DNA of 64,000 nucleotides, taken from Octopus sinensis. Lineage: Eukaryota. The stretch lies in the NCBI RefSeq assembly GCF_006345805.1, contig NC_043004.1, positions 67,146,001 to 67,210,000 of the forward strand, written 5' to 3'. The translations under genes were made by a program, and so were the position numbers. This document shows, in pieces, positions 26,385-37,870 of this stretch. Under the pieces are notes generated by a model. It did not search any database. It was not told where the DNA came from and saw nothing but the letters and a program-made list of their open reading frames with translations. How positions within the stretch are numbered: position 1 is the stretch's first letter; each line of letters starts with the position of its first letter.

Positions 26385-26586
26385 TCATGCATCTGTTTTT
26401 GTCCCCCCAACATCGCTTGACAACAGATGCTGGTGTGTTTACGTCCCCTAACTTAGCGGTTCGGCAAACGAGACCGATAGAATAAGTACTAGGCTTACAA
26501 CGAATAAGTACTGCGGTCGATTTACTCGACTAAAGGCGGTGCTCCAGCATGGCCGTAGTCAATTGACTGAAACAAGTAAAAGAGTA
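25140..26586 (+). mobile_element. SINE family A split by a ~1 kb insertion (5' half 25140-25300, 3' half 26345-26586)
   Basis: The halves join at the internal microsatellite position to give a complete family A copy. Confidence 0.85.
25306..26341 (+). mobile_element. Non-autonomous Helitron-like element
   Basis: 5' A|TC...atatatataaaa followed by (TGTC)n and ccaatttcattcaaatttt; 3' hairpin ending CTAG|T at 26338-26342; no TSD seen. Confidence 0.7.
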
Positions 26587-26879
26587 ATGATCTCTACTCG
26601 AGAAAGCAAATTTGTAAGATCCCCAAGAAATAAATTTGCTTTATTATGTCACGTAACATAGTTATCGAATGCAGGAAACTAATTTTCCATCTATTTTAAT
26701 CTGTTCGCCTGATTTCTTCTGGCTTCAACATTTTCCTTGCAGTTAATGCAGTTACCAGGGTCGATAAAATCAGAATGAGTTCAGCATTGGGTCACACTCC
26801 CCCAAAATTTCAACCGGCGTGAGAATTATTATTATTGATGACAACAACTTTAATGATAATAATACCAACAACAATAACA

Positions 26880-26939
<60 letters not shown>

Positions 26940-26950
26940 TAATAATAATA

Positions 26951-27470
26951 TGCCAACACTTTGGAATAATAACAGAAAAAAATGGTATAAGCACACGCCA
27001 GAAAAGAACACAGAAAACGAGAAAGCAACCATACTATGGGATATGTCAAAGCACACAGATGGAGAAATTAAGGCCAGTAGACCAGATATAGTTATCATAG
27101 ATCATGAAGAAAAATTGTTTTCTAATTGATGTATCAATACCAGCAGATGACAACGTTTCTCTAAAAGAAATGGAGAAACTTTCAAAATACAAAGACCTAG
27201 AAATAGAGGTAACTTGAATGTGGAATCAAAAAACAGAAACAATTCCTATCATGGTGGGCGCATTAGGCATGATAAAAATTATTTAGACAAAGACATAACA
27301 AAAACACTAGGACTCACGAATATATATAACATACAGAATATTGCACTACTGGGCATTGCACACTTTCAATACAGTAACCATAAGAGCATCTCAGCAAACC
27401 ACAGCATATAACCAAGGTACAGTGAAGTGAAAGCAAGTTATAAAAATAAAACTGCTGAAAAATAATAATG
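26951..27470 (+). mobile_element. 5'-truncated R4/Dong LINE (REL endonuclease plus 3' UTR) inside (AAT)n
   Basis: WYKHTPEKNTENEKATILWD...KASRPDIVIID...FLIDVSIPADDNVSLKEMEKLSKYKDLEIEVT*MWNQKTETIPIMVGALG; (AAT)n on both sides. Confidence 0.9.
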
Positions 27471-27479
27471 ATAACAATG

Positions 27480-27537
<58 letters not shown>

Positions 27538-27551
27538 CAACAACAACAAGT

Positions 27552-27587
<36 letters not shown>

Positions 27588-27654
27588 TTGAATGCCCTTA
27601 TAGTACCAGGCAGTTGCTCTCATTTTTGCTTGTCTTAAATGAATGGAAGTGTTA

Positions 27655-27860
27655 GCATTATTTTGTCTTGGTATGAAAGATGGTCTACTGCAAATATTCT
27701 GCTCAAAACTACAGGCTGCTTGTAAGTTGCTTGACTCGAACCAGTTGAATATGCCCCATAGTGTCTGACGATATGTGCATCTCTAATCATGAGCAGAAGT
27801 AGTTTGGGAGCGTCTAAGCCGTATGTTGAGGGTTTTGGATAATTCACCTCTGCAAACTTG
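27655..27860 (+). mobile_element. Family D element 5' fragment
   Basis: ttgtcttggtatgaaagatggtctactgcaaatattctgctc...gatatgtgcatctctaatcatgagcagaagtag. Confidence 0.75.
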
Positions 27861-28098
27861 TGAGAAAACTTTAATTTTAGATTTTAATTACATATACGTA
27901 TACATCCATATATATAAAAGACCTCTCGATATATACACATTGATGTTACTTCTCGGTCTCTCACTGATACATCAATAATCATTGTAACTACGAATGAAAC
28001 ATAAACACATGTCCATGGGCGGAGTGCACTTACAAAAAGTTATCGCTGTAAACACGAACCCATAAGAAAACCAACCAGAAGAGAAAGAAAGAGAAATA

Positions 28099-28146
<48 letters not shown>

Positions 28147-28683
28147 TGTTCTGGCAGAATCGTTTGCATTCCAGCCAAAATTCTTGTCGGCATTTCGTCC
28201 GCCATTACATCCACCTAGATATACTTCACCATCTCTTCTTTCAGGATCGCTGAAATAATTATCAGTTGAGCATTAAGATGGGGGTCCATGATACGTTCAA
28301 GACTATTTTTCCCATAATTTCATGTCTTGCTCCAAAGAAAAAACAATACACAATGCTTCAAGCGAACAACAATACTCTCCTATCTCTTGTACCATTCAAA
28401 TCATTTTATTCTTTAGAAAGAAAGAAAGTTTTATCATCGAAATTAATGCTGCACTAGATTGCATCAGTATGTAGTGCAAGTTAAACAATTGTAGTGAAAC
28501 ATATTCGGTCTCGAATTCTTTTCCATTTTAAATCGATTAATAACATCAATAGTACAGCTTTATGCAATAATTTGTTATATGAATAATAAGAAATATTTCA
28601 TTGTACACTATACACGTTTCCGTAGATATCACTGTGTATTTTCGTGATAAGGGTACAAATTTCTGCATTGCTACACCAACTAT

Positions 28684-28890
28684 GGTGGTGAGCTAGTAGA
28701 ATCGTTACTATGCTAGACAAAATAATTAGCGGCATTTCTTCCGGCATTTCTTCCGGCATATTAGATTCTGTATTCAGGTCGACTTTATCGTTCATCCTTT
28801 CGGGTGGGATAAAATAGCACCAGAGTAATTCAGCCGGTTCATAAAATCGACTCACCCCATCCTTGAAAAATGCTAGTGTATAACAAAATT
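28684..28890 (+). mobile_element. SINE family B, degraded
   Basis: ggtggtgagctagtagaatcgttac...ggtcgactttatcgttcatcctttcgggtgggataaaatagcaccag. Confidence 0.7.
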
Positions 28891-29700
28891 AGCAAATGTT
28901 ATTACTCCGTCTACAAAACAACTACAGTCAGTCAAATGTCTCCGGATGGCTGGAATACTTTTGAGATATGCAAAAACCTGAAAGACCGGATGATTGTAGT
29001 TATAATCACTTGGAGGGAAGTTCGGTTCAATAAGAATTAACAGGAACGAAATAAAACACTAAAAATTTAATTTTCATTTTCCAAATTATCCCTCTGTACG
29101 TGACATCGATAACGTGTCCTTCAATAAGTATGTAGCTTTCCATATGTTATGCCGAGCTTAACTTTCTAGCCTATACTCAGCAGCAAATGTTTGTAAATCG
29201 TGAATTACAATGTTTAATGATTCTTCCATTTATAAAAATGCAGGGTACTTTGATAGTGACACTCGACTGATATTTAGCAGATAGACGGGCTATATAGAAA
29301 CTCTTGTGCTGCAGTGTTTTGTACAGGTATACATCTATCGTTACGTATATATTTGTATTTAATTGTTTTTAGATCAAACAAAGTGAATTGTTAACTTTAG
29401 ATTAGATTAATTTATTTCCTTTCGATTCCCTCCCCACAAACGTTAATTACATTACATTTTCAAGTAGTTGACTAACTGTTTTGTATAGTATTCTATACGC
29501 CATTTGATAGACTTTAAATATAACGATGTTTTATACCCAACAAATGAACTGGAATATCTATTTACCTCATCTACTTTCCACACTGTTTGGTAATAATTCC
29601 GTCATTGTAGAGAATAGGGTAAATTTTAGCTAAGTTTTTATATCTACCGTATATGTATATATATGTATATATATATTATATATATATATATATATATAAT

Positions 29701-29752
<52 letters not shown>

Positions 29753-30164
29753 TAATCAAAGGACATACTAGGTATGTCAACCTGCTTGAAATAACGGTCA
29801 AAACTCTTATTAAATTGCCAAAAAATACACCGGTGAAAAACTACAGAAACCAAACGAAGGCAAAATCAAGTTAAGATAATCTACTAACATACATTGAAGT
29901 ATTAGGACTCACGTGGATCGATTTCTGCATTGGTAAAGATCTTAGCTTCTTCAGCACGTGTTACCATTATTAGAGACTCCCAACCCATCGCCTCGAAGTC
30001 TGTCCTGCAACTGAATTCGTTTCGCGACGAAATCATAACAGCCACCGGTGTAAATTAATCTCGATACAATTTACGAGAAAAATAATTCACCAAAAATTAA
30101 TTTACGAATGTTTCATTAATTCTATTATTATCCAATATAACAATTTCAAAAAAAATAATAATAA

Positions 30165-30228
<64 letters not shown>

Positions 30229-30616
30229 TTCCTTTTCTCTCTCTCTCTCTCTTCTTCTTCTGTAACTATTTATAATTTGCTCTTTTTTATTCTTAGTCTC
30301 GCAATATGGAGAAAATGAAGACTTCATTGTATTTATGACTTGGTTCGCATTAAAATGAATGGGATTCGAGCGTTTTTAAGTTATTGTCATTGTTGAAATG
30401 TGGAAATATAATCTTGAATATAAACAAGTGACGTAATGGAAATTTAAATACCCTCCATGTGTATGTTGGCGTATATGTAATGGCATATATTGTTATAGGA
30501 ATATATATTAATATACGTTAGCGAATTGCAATTACTAAAAATGATGTTATAAATAAATTAGAATACGTGCAATCGCGAACACACCTCGTACATATACGCC
30601 AGCGCACAAACATAAA

Positions 30617-31186
30617 TATTGGTTTGTCCAGAAAGTTTGTGCCGAATTTTAAAGGAAAGAAAAGGGTCAATAAATACTTGACATTACATTTTAAATCAAC
30701 CAAATATGAACCATTTTGTTGCACAATGCGTCCCCATCTTTCCTTCAACTTGAAAATACCCTCTTCCCAGAATTGAGGTGGTTTCATGGCAAAGAATTCA
30801 TCAAGGTATCATTTTACATCATCCAAGGAATTGAAATTTTCACCATTAAAACAATTCGGCAGAGACCTGAATAAGTGGAAATCCGAAGGAGCAATATCTG
30901 GTAAATATGGAGGGTGGGGTAACATATCTCAGCCGAGCTGCAGCAATTTTTGTCTGGTTCCCAAAACATCAGTGGCTGAAAATGAACTCTCTTATCTTCC
31001 ATTTTAAAGGGTTACAGAATTAACACAGGTTATAGGAATATAAAACTTCTTCCAAGAAAAGATAGCGTAAACTATGCTCTAAATGGAGGTGTAGTCAAAT
31101 CCTATTTTATGGACTCAACCATGTTCTAAAATAAGTCGAAATTTAAGCTACTATAAATTGGCACGAACTTTCCGGACAACCCAATA
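30617..31186 (-). mobile_element. Internally deleted mariner (Tc1/mariner) element with both TIRs
   Basis: TIRs tattggtttgtccagaaagtttgtgccgaattt and (reverse complement) tattgggttgtccggaaagttcgtgccaattt, TA termini. Minus strand TRQKLLQLG*DMLPHPPYLPDIAPSDFHLFRSL...FFAMKPPQFWEEGIFKLKERWGRIVQQNGSY (HPPYSPDLAPSD motif). Confidence 0.92.
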
Positions 31187-32154
31187 CTAACACAACAAAA
31201 CATAGACGCCATTGTAACTTAAAATACTATACTCATTCGCATACATACACACACCCCATCTACGCATACACGCTCGTAAACAAAATCGTACATAGATGGT
31301 CACATATTCATAACTACACACAATTCCTGAAATTTGTCAACAACAACTGCTATACTTTAAGTCAAGTTGAAATTCTTGATGGAACGCAAAACTTCGTAGT
31401 CCGTTATTTACCTTTATGCAGCGAAGCGATTGTGTAAACATCTTGGCATTTCTATGACCGTATACAGAAAAATACTTACGTTATTATAAATGTGGCATGT
31501 CAAACAGCATTTCATTTCATGGAATATATTTCTCCCAGACTGATGGCATTTGAGATTGTTTATCTCCTTCAGTTGTCATTTATAATCATCTCGACACATT
31601 TTACCTGTATTTTCGATTTACCATCTTACTGTACATACATATTTCTTCCTGTAGGCTGATTTCGACAAGTCCTGAGCTTAAGTCACGTTATATTGCAATA
31701 ATTTTGTCTCTGCTTTTATGAGATTAGGTATGGTCTTAGTTAACAGCATTCCATTCGGAGATTATCTGTCAAACTGTGAACAACCTTTGTCATTTCTATA
31801 TCCATAACCAGAATTAAAATTTAACAACTATATGTCGGACACCGGAAAGCGTCAACACCGACAAACGATGAAAGTGTCAGAGACGAATCCTGCACCCCGA
31901 CGCTCCATCAACGAGTGTGTTTTCAGTGGTAACATTATCTACTAGAATTAAACCATTAATTAAGAAATATGTGATAGCTATCACATAATGGGAAATGGAT
32001 CTATGGATCGAATGCCATTAAATCTTCGAGCACATGACTCGATATGGCATACTGTTAAAAATATGAAAAATTACGACTGCTATTCCAAAATTATCAAATA
32101 TGAGTAACATTGGTGGTGACAAAAAGCTACTGGGCCGCTTCTGTAGCGAGAACA

Positions 32155-32325
32155 TTCCCGTCTACTATGGTCTATGTGCCTGTTTTATGGTCCAAGTACC
32201 TATGTGAGTGGACTTCTAAAATCTAATAATGCGTATTCTGTGTACTAAGAAGATATCCATTTTAAGTTCGATATACTGATTACCTTTTGGTACTGAAGCT
32301 ACTAATGTCGCTATACATACATACG
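32155..32325 (+). repeat. ~150-170 bp direct duplicate of 34880-35035
   Basis: ttcccRtctactatggtc...cctatgtgagYggacttct...tgtgtactaagaagatatccaYtttaagtt.gatatact...gaagct..taatgtcg.tatacatacata in both. Confidence 0.85.
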
Positions 32326-32479
32326 TAGTTACACACACACGCGCACACACACGCGCACACACACGCACACACACTCGTACACACATGCATACGTCTATAT
32401 CTGTATATTGCGCGCACAATGTGAGCTGCAGTGTCCTTCATAAAGCAGTGTGGCGAGGCGAGTGACATCGCTTTATTTA

Positions 32480-32990
32480 ATTTGCAAGTTGGGAAATTTG
32501 GATTTTGTGGAACACGGTCGCTCCAAAACGGAAGATGGTCCGTGGAAGACGATAAGCGATCTGAAAAGTGTTACGTGCTTTAGCCCGAATATGTGGATTT
32601 CTTAAATCAAGAATTCGTCCCTTACGTCCACACGATCAATCAAAAGTTCTCCTACGACGGTTCGAAGCGTCTGAGGTAGGACAGAATCTGTGTAGCGCAA
32701 CGAATTGGATTCTTCACGGAGCTCTCTTCCCTTGTGAGTTTCTCGCCAAAATCAACATCCTATCGCTTCCATACCCACACTAACCACCACATTTCACAGT
32801 CAAGACGAAAAGTCAGCTTAAATGTCCCCTTTGTCGAGATCGCTGAAGGATTCCAAGCGAGGCAGGAACGCTGGGATCGGTGTATTGCTGCGCATGGCAA
32901 CTTTTTCGAAAGAAATTATGATAAAACTCAGGTAAAAAGATATATTTTATTAAACATTACTAATCCGGAAACATTATGATACCACCTTGC
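32480..32990 (+). mobile_element. Degraded mariner transposase relic (irritans/Hsmar2-like C-terminus)
   Basis: Frameshifted QEFVPYVHTINQKF, TNWILH, EFLAKINILSLPYPH, FQARQERWDRCIAAHGNFFE, followed by TIR-like ccggaaacattatgataccacc. Confidence 0.75.
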
Positions 32991-33069
32991 AGATAGCATT
33001 TTGATCGAAACAGCGTTACTTCTTTTATGCAGATCTAAAAGAAATTAAAATTTTCGCATAACCAGTAAA

Positions 33070-33283
33070 GAGACTAGGAGTGGCTGTGTCATAGGCGTAG
33101 GAGTGGCTGTGTGTAGGCGTAGGAGTGGCTGTGTGGTAAGTACCGTGCGTACCAACCACATGGTTCCGGGTTCAGTCCCACTGCGTGGCACTTTAGGCAA
33201 GTGTCTATTACTATAGCCTAGGGCCGACCAAATCCTTGTAAGTGGATTTGGTCGGCGGAAAGTGAAAGAAGCCGCGTCGTATA

Positions 33284-33360
<77 letters not shown>

Positions 33361-33608
33361 TGTGTGTGTATGTATTTATCTATGTATGTACGAGTGTGCT
33401 TGTGTGTCTGTTTGTCCCCCAACCAACGATTGACAACCGGCGCTGGTGTGTTTACGTCTCCGTAACCTAGTGGTTCGGCAAAAGAAAACGATAGAATAAG
33501 TACTAGGGTTGCAAAGAATAAGTCCTGGGGTCGATTTGCTCGACTGAAGGTGGTGCTCCAGCATGACCACAGTCAAATGACTGAAACAGGTAAAAAGAGT
33601 AAAAGAGA
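33070..33608 (+). mobile_element. SINE family A with triplicated 5' head
   Basis: taggagtggctgtgt repeated three times at 33075-33135; complete body and taaaagag tail. Confidence 0.9.
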
Positions 33609-34124
33609 GTAACATATGTTATTTATAGAATATATATCTCATCAAAAAGGAAAAATGATTGATAATTTAGTCAGGAATTGCTGAGAGTTAATTCAAATAT
33701 AGAAAAGGAATATTTCAAAGAAAAACAGCAGTCATTCGTCTTCTGGTTTTTACTTTAGACTTCTACACCGGGGTACATTGTACTGAATGCCACTGTCTTC
33801 ATCCAGTTGTTCACATGTGAAATAAGAATAATTGCAAGTATTAATACGACTATCTATAAGAGGCGATACTAATTCATCGATCCTAACAAATGAATATCAG
33901 AAGCTTAGACACTACTAATAATTCGAACTAACATAAAAATTTGCCCCCCAGCTTGTGTGATATGCAATATCCAATTACTTGTCATCAATGCTTCATAGGT
34001 CTGTGTGTATGTATATATATATGTGTGTAGGTGTGTGTGTAAAAGACAGCAAGCATAACATATGACATACACAGACACACACACACACATATATATATAT
34101 GTGTGCGTGTGTGTGTGTATAATT

Positions 34125-34310
34125 ATAGGTAGAGTTTACGAAAAAACAAAACACGAAGACAGTTGGTGTACAAAACAAACAGATGTATTAGTATAACGCT
34201 CAGGAATAGAAAAAGTCTTTTACGTTTCCAGCCTACGCTCTTCTACAGAAAAAAACAAGGAGAGAAACGAAGTGGAAAAAATGTGTGTAGTGGCTAACGA
34301 TCTATCATGT
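34125..34310 (-). mobile_element. Probable Penelope-like terminal repeat fragment with minimal hammerhead-like motif
   Basis: Minus strand ttttCTGTAGAagagcgtaggctgGAAAcgTAaaag (34218-34252); bounded by (TG)n and (TA)n. Confidence 0.4.
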
Positions 34311-34327
34311 ATGATTATATATATATA

Positions 34328-34566
34328 TATAATCAAAAGAAGCAACAACAGTATCCTGAAGTAATGCAGTAGGAATGTTTCATACGACTCCATTTAATTG
34401 AACAATGCACATTTACATCAATTGAAAATTCTATATTTTTATGCAGCTGAAGATTGCTCTACATTTTAAATTGATGTAATGTTTGCATTGTTCAATTAAA
34501 TGGAGTCGCATGAAACGATCGTTCTGCATTACCTCTGTATATCCTTGTTGCTTATTTAGATTATAA
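34328..34566. mobile_element. Fold-back element (~105 bp arms), with (TA)n on its left, carrying a hammerhead ribozyme
   Basis: 34328-34432 pairs with 34463-34566 with scattered mismatches; paralog at 47351-47478. Confidence 0.85.
34441..34529 (+). ncRNA. Type I hammerhead ribozyme with extended stem II and palindromic minimal stem III
   Basis: ATGCAG (stem I) CTGAAGA (core) ttgc...long hairpin...gcat GAAA C-GATC-G TT (GUH triplet) CTGCAT (stem I, perfect 6 bp). Deviation from canonical: U-U at 10.1/11.1. Confidence 0.7.
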
Positions 34567-34665
34567 TCATCTTAATTTAAATTATATGGATAATAGCATA
34601 CTAAATTCTGGTGCCTTCAATTTAAGTACCATATTCATCTGCATCTATCTATCTATCTATCTTCA

Positions 34666-34715
<50 letters not shown>

Positions 34716-34719
34716 ACTA

Positions 34720-34723
<4 letters not shown>

Positions 34724-34809
<86 letters not shown>
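34724..34809. repeat. Perfect 86 bp palindrome (TC)n(AT)14(AG)n
   Basis: 29 nt TC arm, 28 nt AT core, 29 nt AG arm. Confidence 0.9.
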
Positions 34810-34813
<4 letters not shown>

Positions 34814-35257
34814 AAGAGATATAAGTGGAGTATACATGTGTGTGTGTGTGTATGTAGTTTCAGTACCCAGCCAGGCGATTCCCATCTACTATGGTCCATG
34901 TTCCTATGTGAGCGGACTTCTCAAGCCTAATAATACATATTATGTGTACTAAGAAGATATCCACTTTAAGTTGGATATACTAATTATCCTTTGTTACCGA
35001 AGCTCTTAATGTCGTTATACATACATAGGTACACACAAACACACACACACATATCTATATCTATATTTGTCAATGTCTCTCTCTATCTATATATATACAT
35101 ATATATATATATGTATTTCTATCTAAATATATAATATGTCTGTGTGTATATATAGAGAGAGAGAGACAGATAGACAGACATGTGTGTGTGTGTTTGTGTG
35201 CATATATATAGTATACTGTTCCGTAATGATATGATCAACTAAAAAGTATTATTATTA

Positions 35258-35342
35258 TTTCATAAACAAAAAGTATTATTATTATTTCATAAACAAAAAG
35301 TATTATTATTATTTCATAAACAATAAACATACTTTTATAAGC
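35258..35342 (+). repeat. Minisatellite, ~3 copies of a ~31 bp unit
   Basis: aaaaagtattattattatttcataaac repeated in tandem. Confidence 0.9.
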
Positions 35343-36255
35343 TAGTAATATTTTCACGTGATTTAAAACAAATCAGACAGAACCGTGTAACACGTCTTGA
35401 GGCGTCATACAATTTAAGGCTGTGCCTCCTTGGCATAGCCTAAGAATATAAAACAGGACGATAGCAAGACAGAAGAAACGTGAAAAAGCCGAGAAGGGAA
35501 TTTACGTGGAAGCTGGAAGATGGAAAACACCAAAAAGCGAAAAACACACCAAAAATTAAAACAAAAAAGGGAGGAATAAAATAGAGTTATGTAGCATTTG
35601 ACAGTAAAGACATAAGACTGAATAGATAGTGGATAGAACCAACAATGTTGTACGGGAAGTATTCTATCCAAAATATTACGGGCATAATAAAATTTGCTTT
35701 ATCTATATACTAATGACCCCGTGATAATTTCCAATTGTTTTTCGTTTCTATATTCTTCTAATATTTCAATACAGCTTTAACAGAGTCCATGAATTTAAAA
35801 AGTTTTGATCTAAACATTTGTGAGTATATAAGATTAGACCAACACATCTCACTATATTAAAGACATTCCTGCTTTTAACATATGGTAGAGTCAGAAATAT
35901 CTCAGCATCGAATGAAATCTCAGGAAAAACTTATTATAGCTGGTATATCAATGTAAAATATGCATCGAATTCTCATAGATTTAATTAACGTCAGGGCTGA
36001 ATAATTATATGAAACATTTTATGAATGGAGAAAATTATAGAATGGTCAATAAAGCAATAAATAACAAAGAGGACGACATAATACTTCAGATAGAATTTTA
36101 CTAACTCACATTTTCTATTTAACAATGGTCAAATTGTATACTAATTTAAGGAATGATATACCCTTGGCTAATTTCGTTATTTCCTGCAGAAGATATATTG
36201 ATTAACGAAGATTAATAAAAGATACATATATGTATATATATATATAGATATATAT

Positions 36256-36286
<31 letters not shown>

Positions 36287-36619
36287 TACATATATATAGA
36301 AAGAGGATACACGCAACATGTCCCCAATGGTCTACGATTTTAAAGTTTTCTAATTATATTCTGCAGATGAAATTAATTGAGAAATTTAGTATTTGTAAAT
36401 TATATAGATTCGAAGTTAAAACAAACACAATTCAAAATGAAATAGAGACATGCTAGTCTGTGTGTTATTTCTAAATGATATCTCATTACATTACAACTTT
36501 CTCTTACTACTTTTCTTGTTCAACCTTACTATAGAAGATGCATAACACAAGTGCCAATCATTATTTATCATATTTATCATGATATTTATACGAATATATA
36601 TATATATATATATATATAT

Positions 36620-37028
36620 AGGAGTGGCTGTGAGGTACGTAGCTTGCTTACGAACCACATGGTTCCAGTTTCAGTCGTACTGCGTGGCACCTTGGGCAAG
36701 TGTCTACTACTATAGCCTCGGGCCGACCAAAGCCTTGTGAGTGGATTTGGTAGATGGAAACTGAAGGAAGCCCGTCGTATATATGTATATATATATATAT
36801 ATGTGTGTGTGTATGTTTCTGTATCTATGTTTGCCCCCCCCCTCCAACATCGCTTGACAACCGATGCTGGTGTGTTTACGACCCCGTAACTTAGCGGTTC
36901 TGCAAAAGAGACCGATAGAATAAGTACTAGGCTTACAAAGAATAAACCCGGGTTCGATTTGCTCGACTGAAGGCGGTACTCCAGCATGGCCACAGTCAAA
37001 TGACTGAAACAATCAAAAGAGTAAAGAG

Positions 37029-37030
<2 letters not shown>
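36620..37030 (+). mobile_element. Full-length SINE family A
   Basis: Complete head, internal (TA)(TG) tract, gtactccagcatggccacagtc 3' end. Confidence 0.9.
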
Positions 37031-37079
<49 letters not shown>

Positions 37080-37199
37080 GTGTGTGTGTGTGTATGTATA
37101 ATACGATAAGATTTTAAGGATTTTTTAGTTGTTAGGTATAATGGCTCGAGTGATTAGGTGCAGGTCCTCACGCTGTAGATATTTGGCAGAGGAAACATA

Positions 37200-37870
37200 T
37201 TATCACCGTTAAGATCGTTGTCGTCATTTACCGTAAGTCATCAGCAGATTGACAGTGCTACTAGGATTGTTTTGACGATTACATGCGACTTCTGAAGCTG
37301 CTTGCCAATGTTGTACAACCAAATCGAAATATTTTGTATACATTGTACACGTTTCCTGCCTCATGATGAACTACCGTCAATTATTCCTTCAATGATAATG
37401 TTTTCCAGAATGCTGAGATATTGGTTTTTGACAATATTCAGGAGCTGTTGCCCATGACCTATTATTGAGGTACTCGCTCATTTGTCCGTTAGTCCTTGTC
37501 AGGGATATGCAACAATCCCTACACCCACATTTCAAACGCATAGATTGTAATCCCTTTAAATTCGGACTCTCTGCATTGCAACCTTACGTTTATTTAGAAC
37601 AACTTCAGCGCTGAAAACAGCCTTTTCAAAAAAAATGTTGGGTCGCATTTTATTGTTCCAGGTGTTATTAAACCCTTCCCATAGACGCTCTGGCCACTAG
37701 TAGCCGTATCCTAGTTTCTTTCTTACATGTGGCTTCATCTGAGATTTGGGGTCCGAGACAATTATGTACTTCAAACTGTTAGATGCGATGTTCAAAATAG
37801 GCCAGGGTCTTTTTTCCATTTCCTTTTTATATAAGTTAATTTCTGACCAGAAACTGTATGAGTTGAAATG
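37200..37870 (-). mobile_element. Degraded RTE-clade LINE, C-terminal fragment
   Basis: Minus strand with frameshifts: LGPQISDEATCKKETRIRLLVARASMGR, IYAFEMWV*GLLHIP, RTNERV, IIGHGQQLLNIVKN, ILENIIIEGIIDGSSS*GRKRVQCIQNISIW. Confidence 0.8.

Noticed and set aside
35258-35342. Short direct repeats as a CRISPR-like array
   Set aside because: Head-to-tail units with no spacers; eukaryotic minisatellite.
35700-35730. Possible Helitron 3' end (cggggtcattagt, minus strand)
   Set aside because: No hairpin or matching 5' end identified with confidence.
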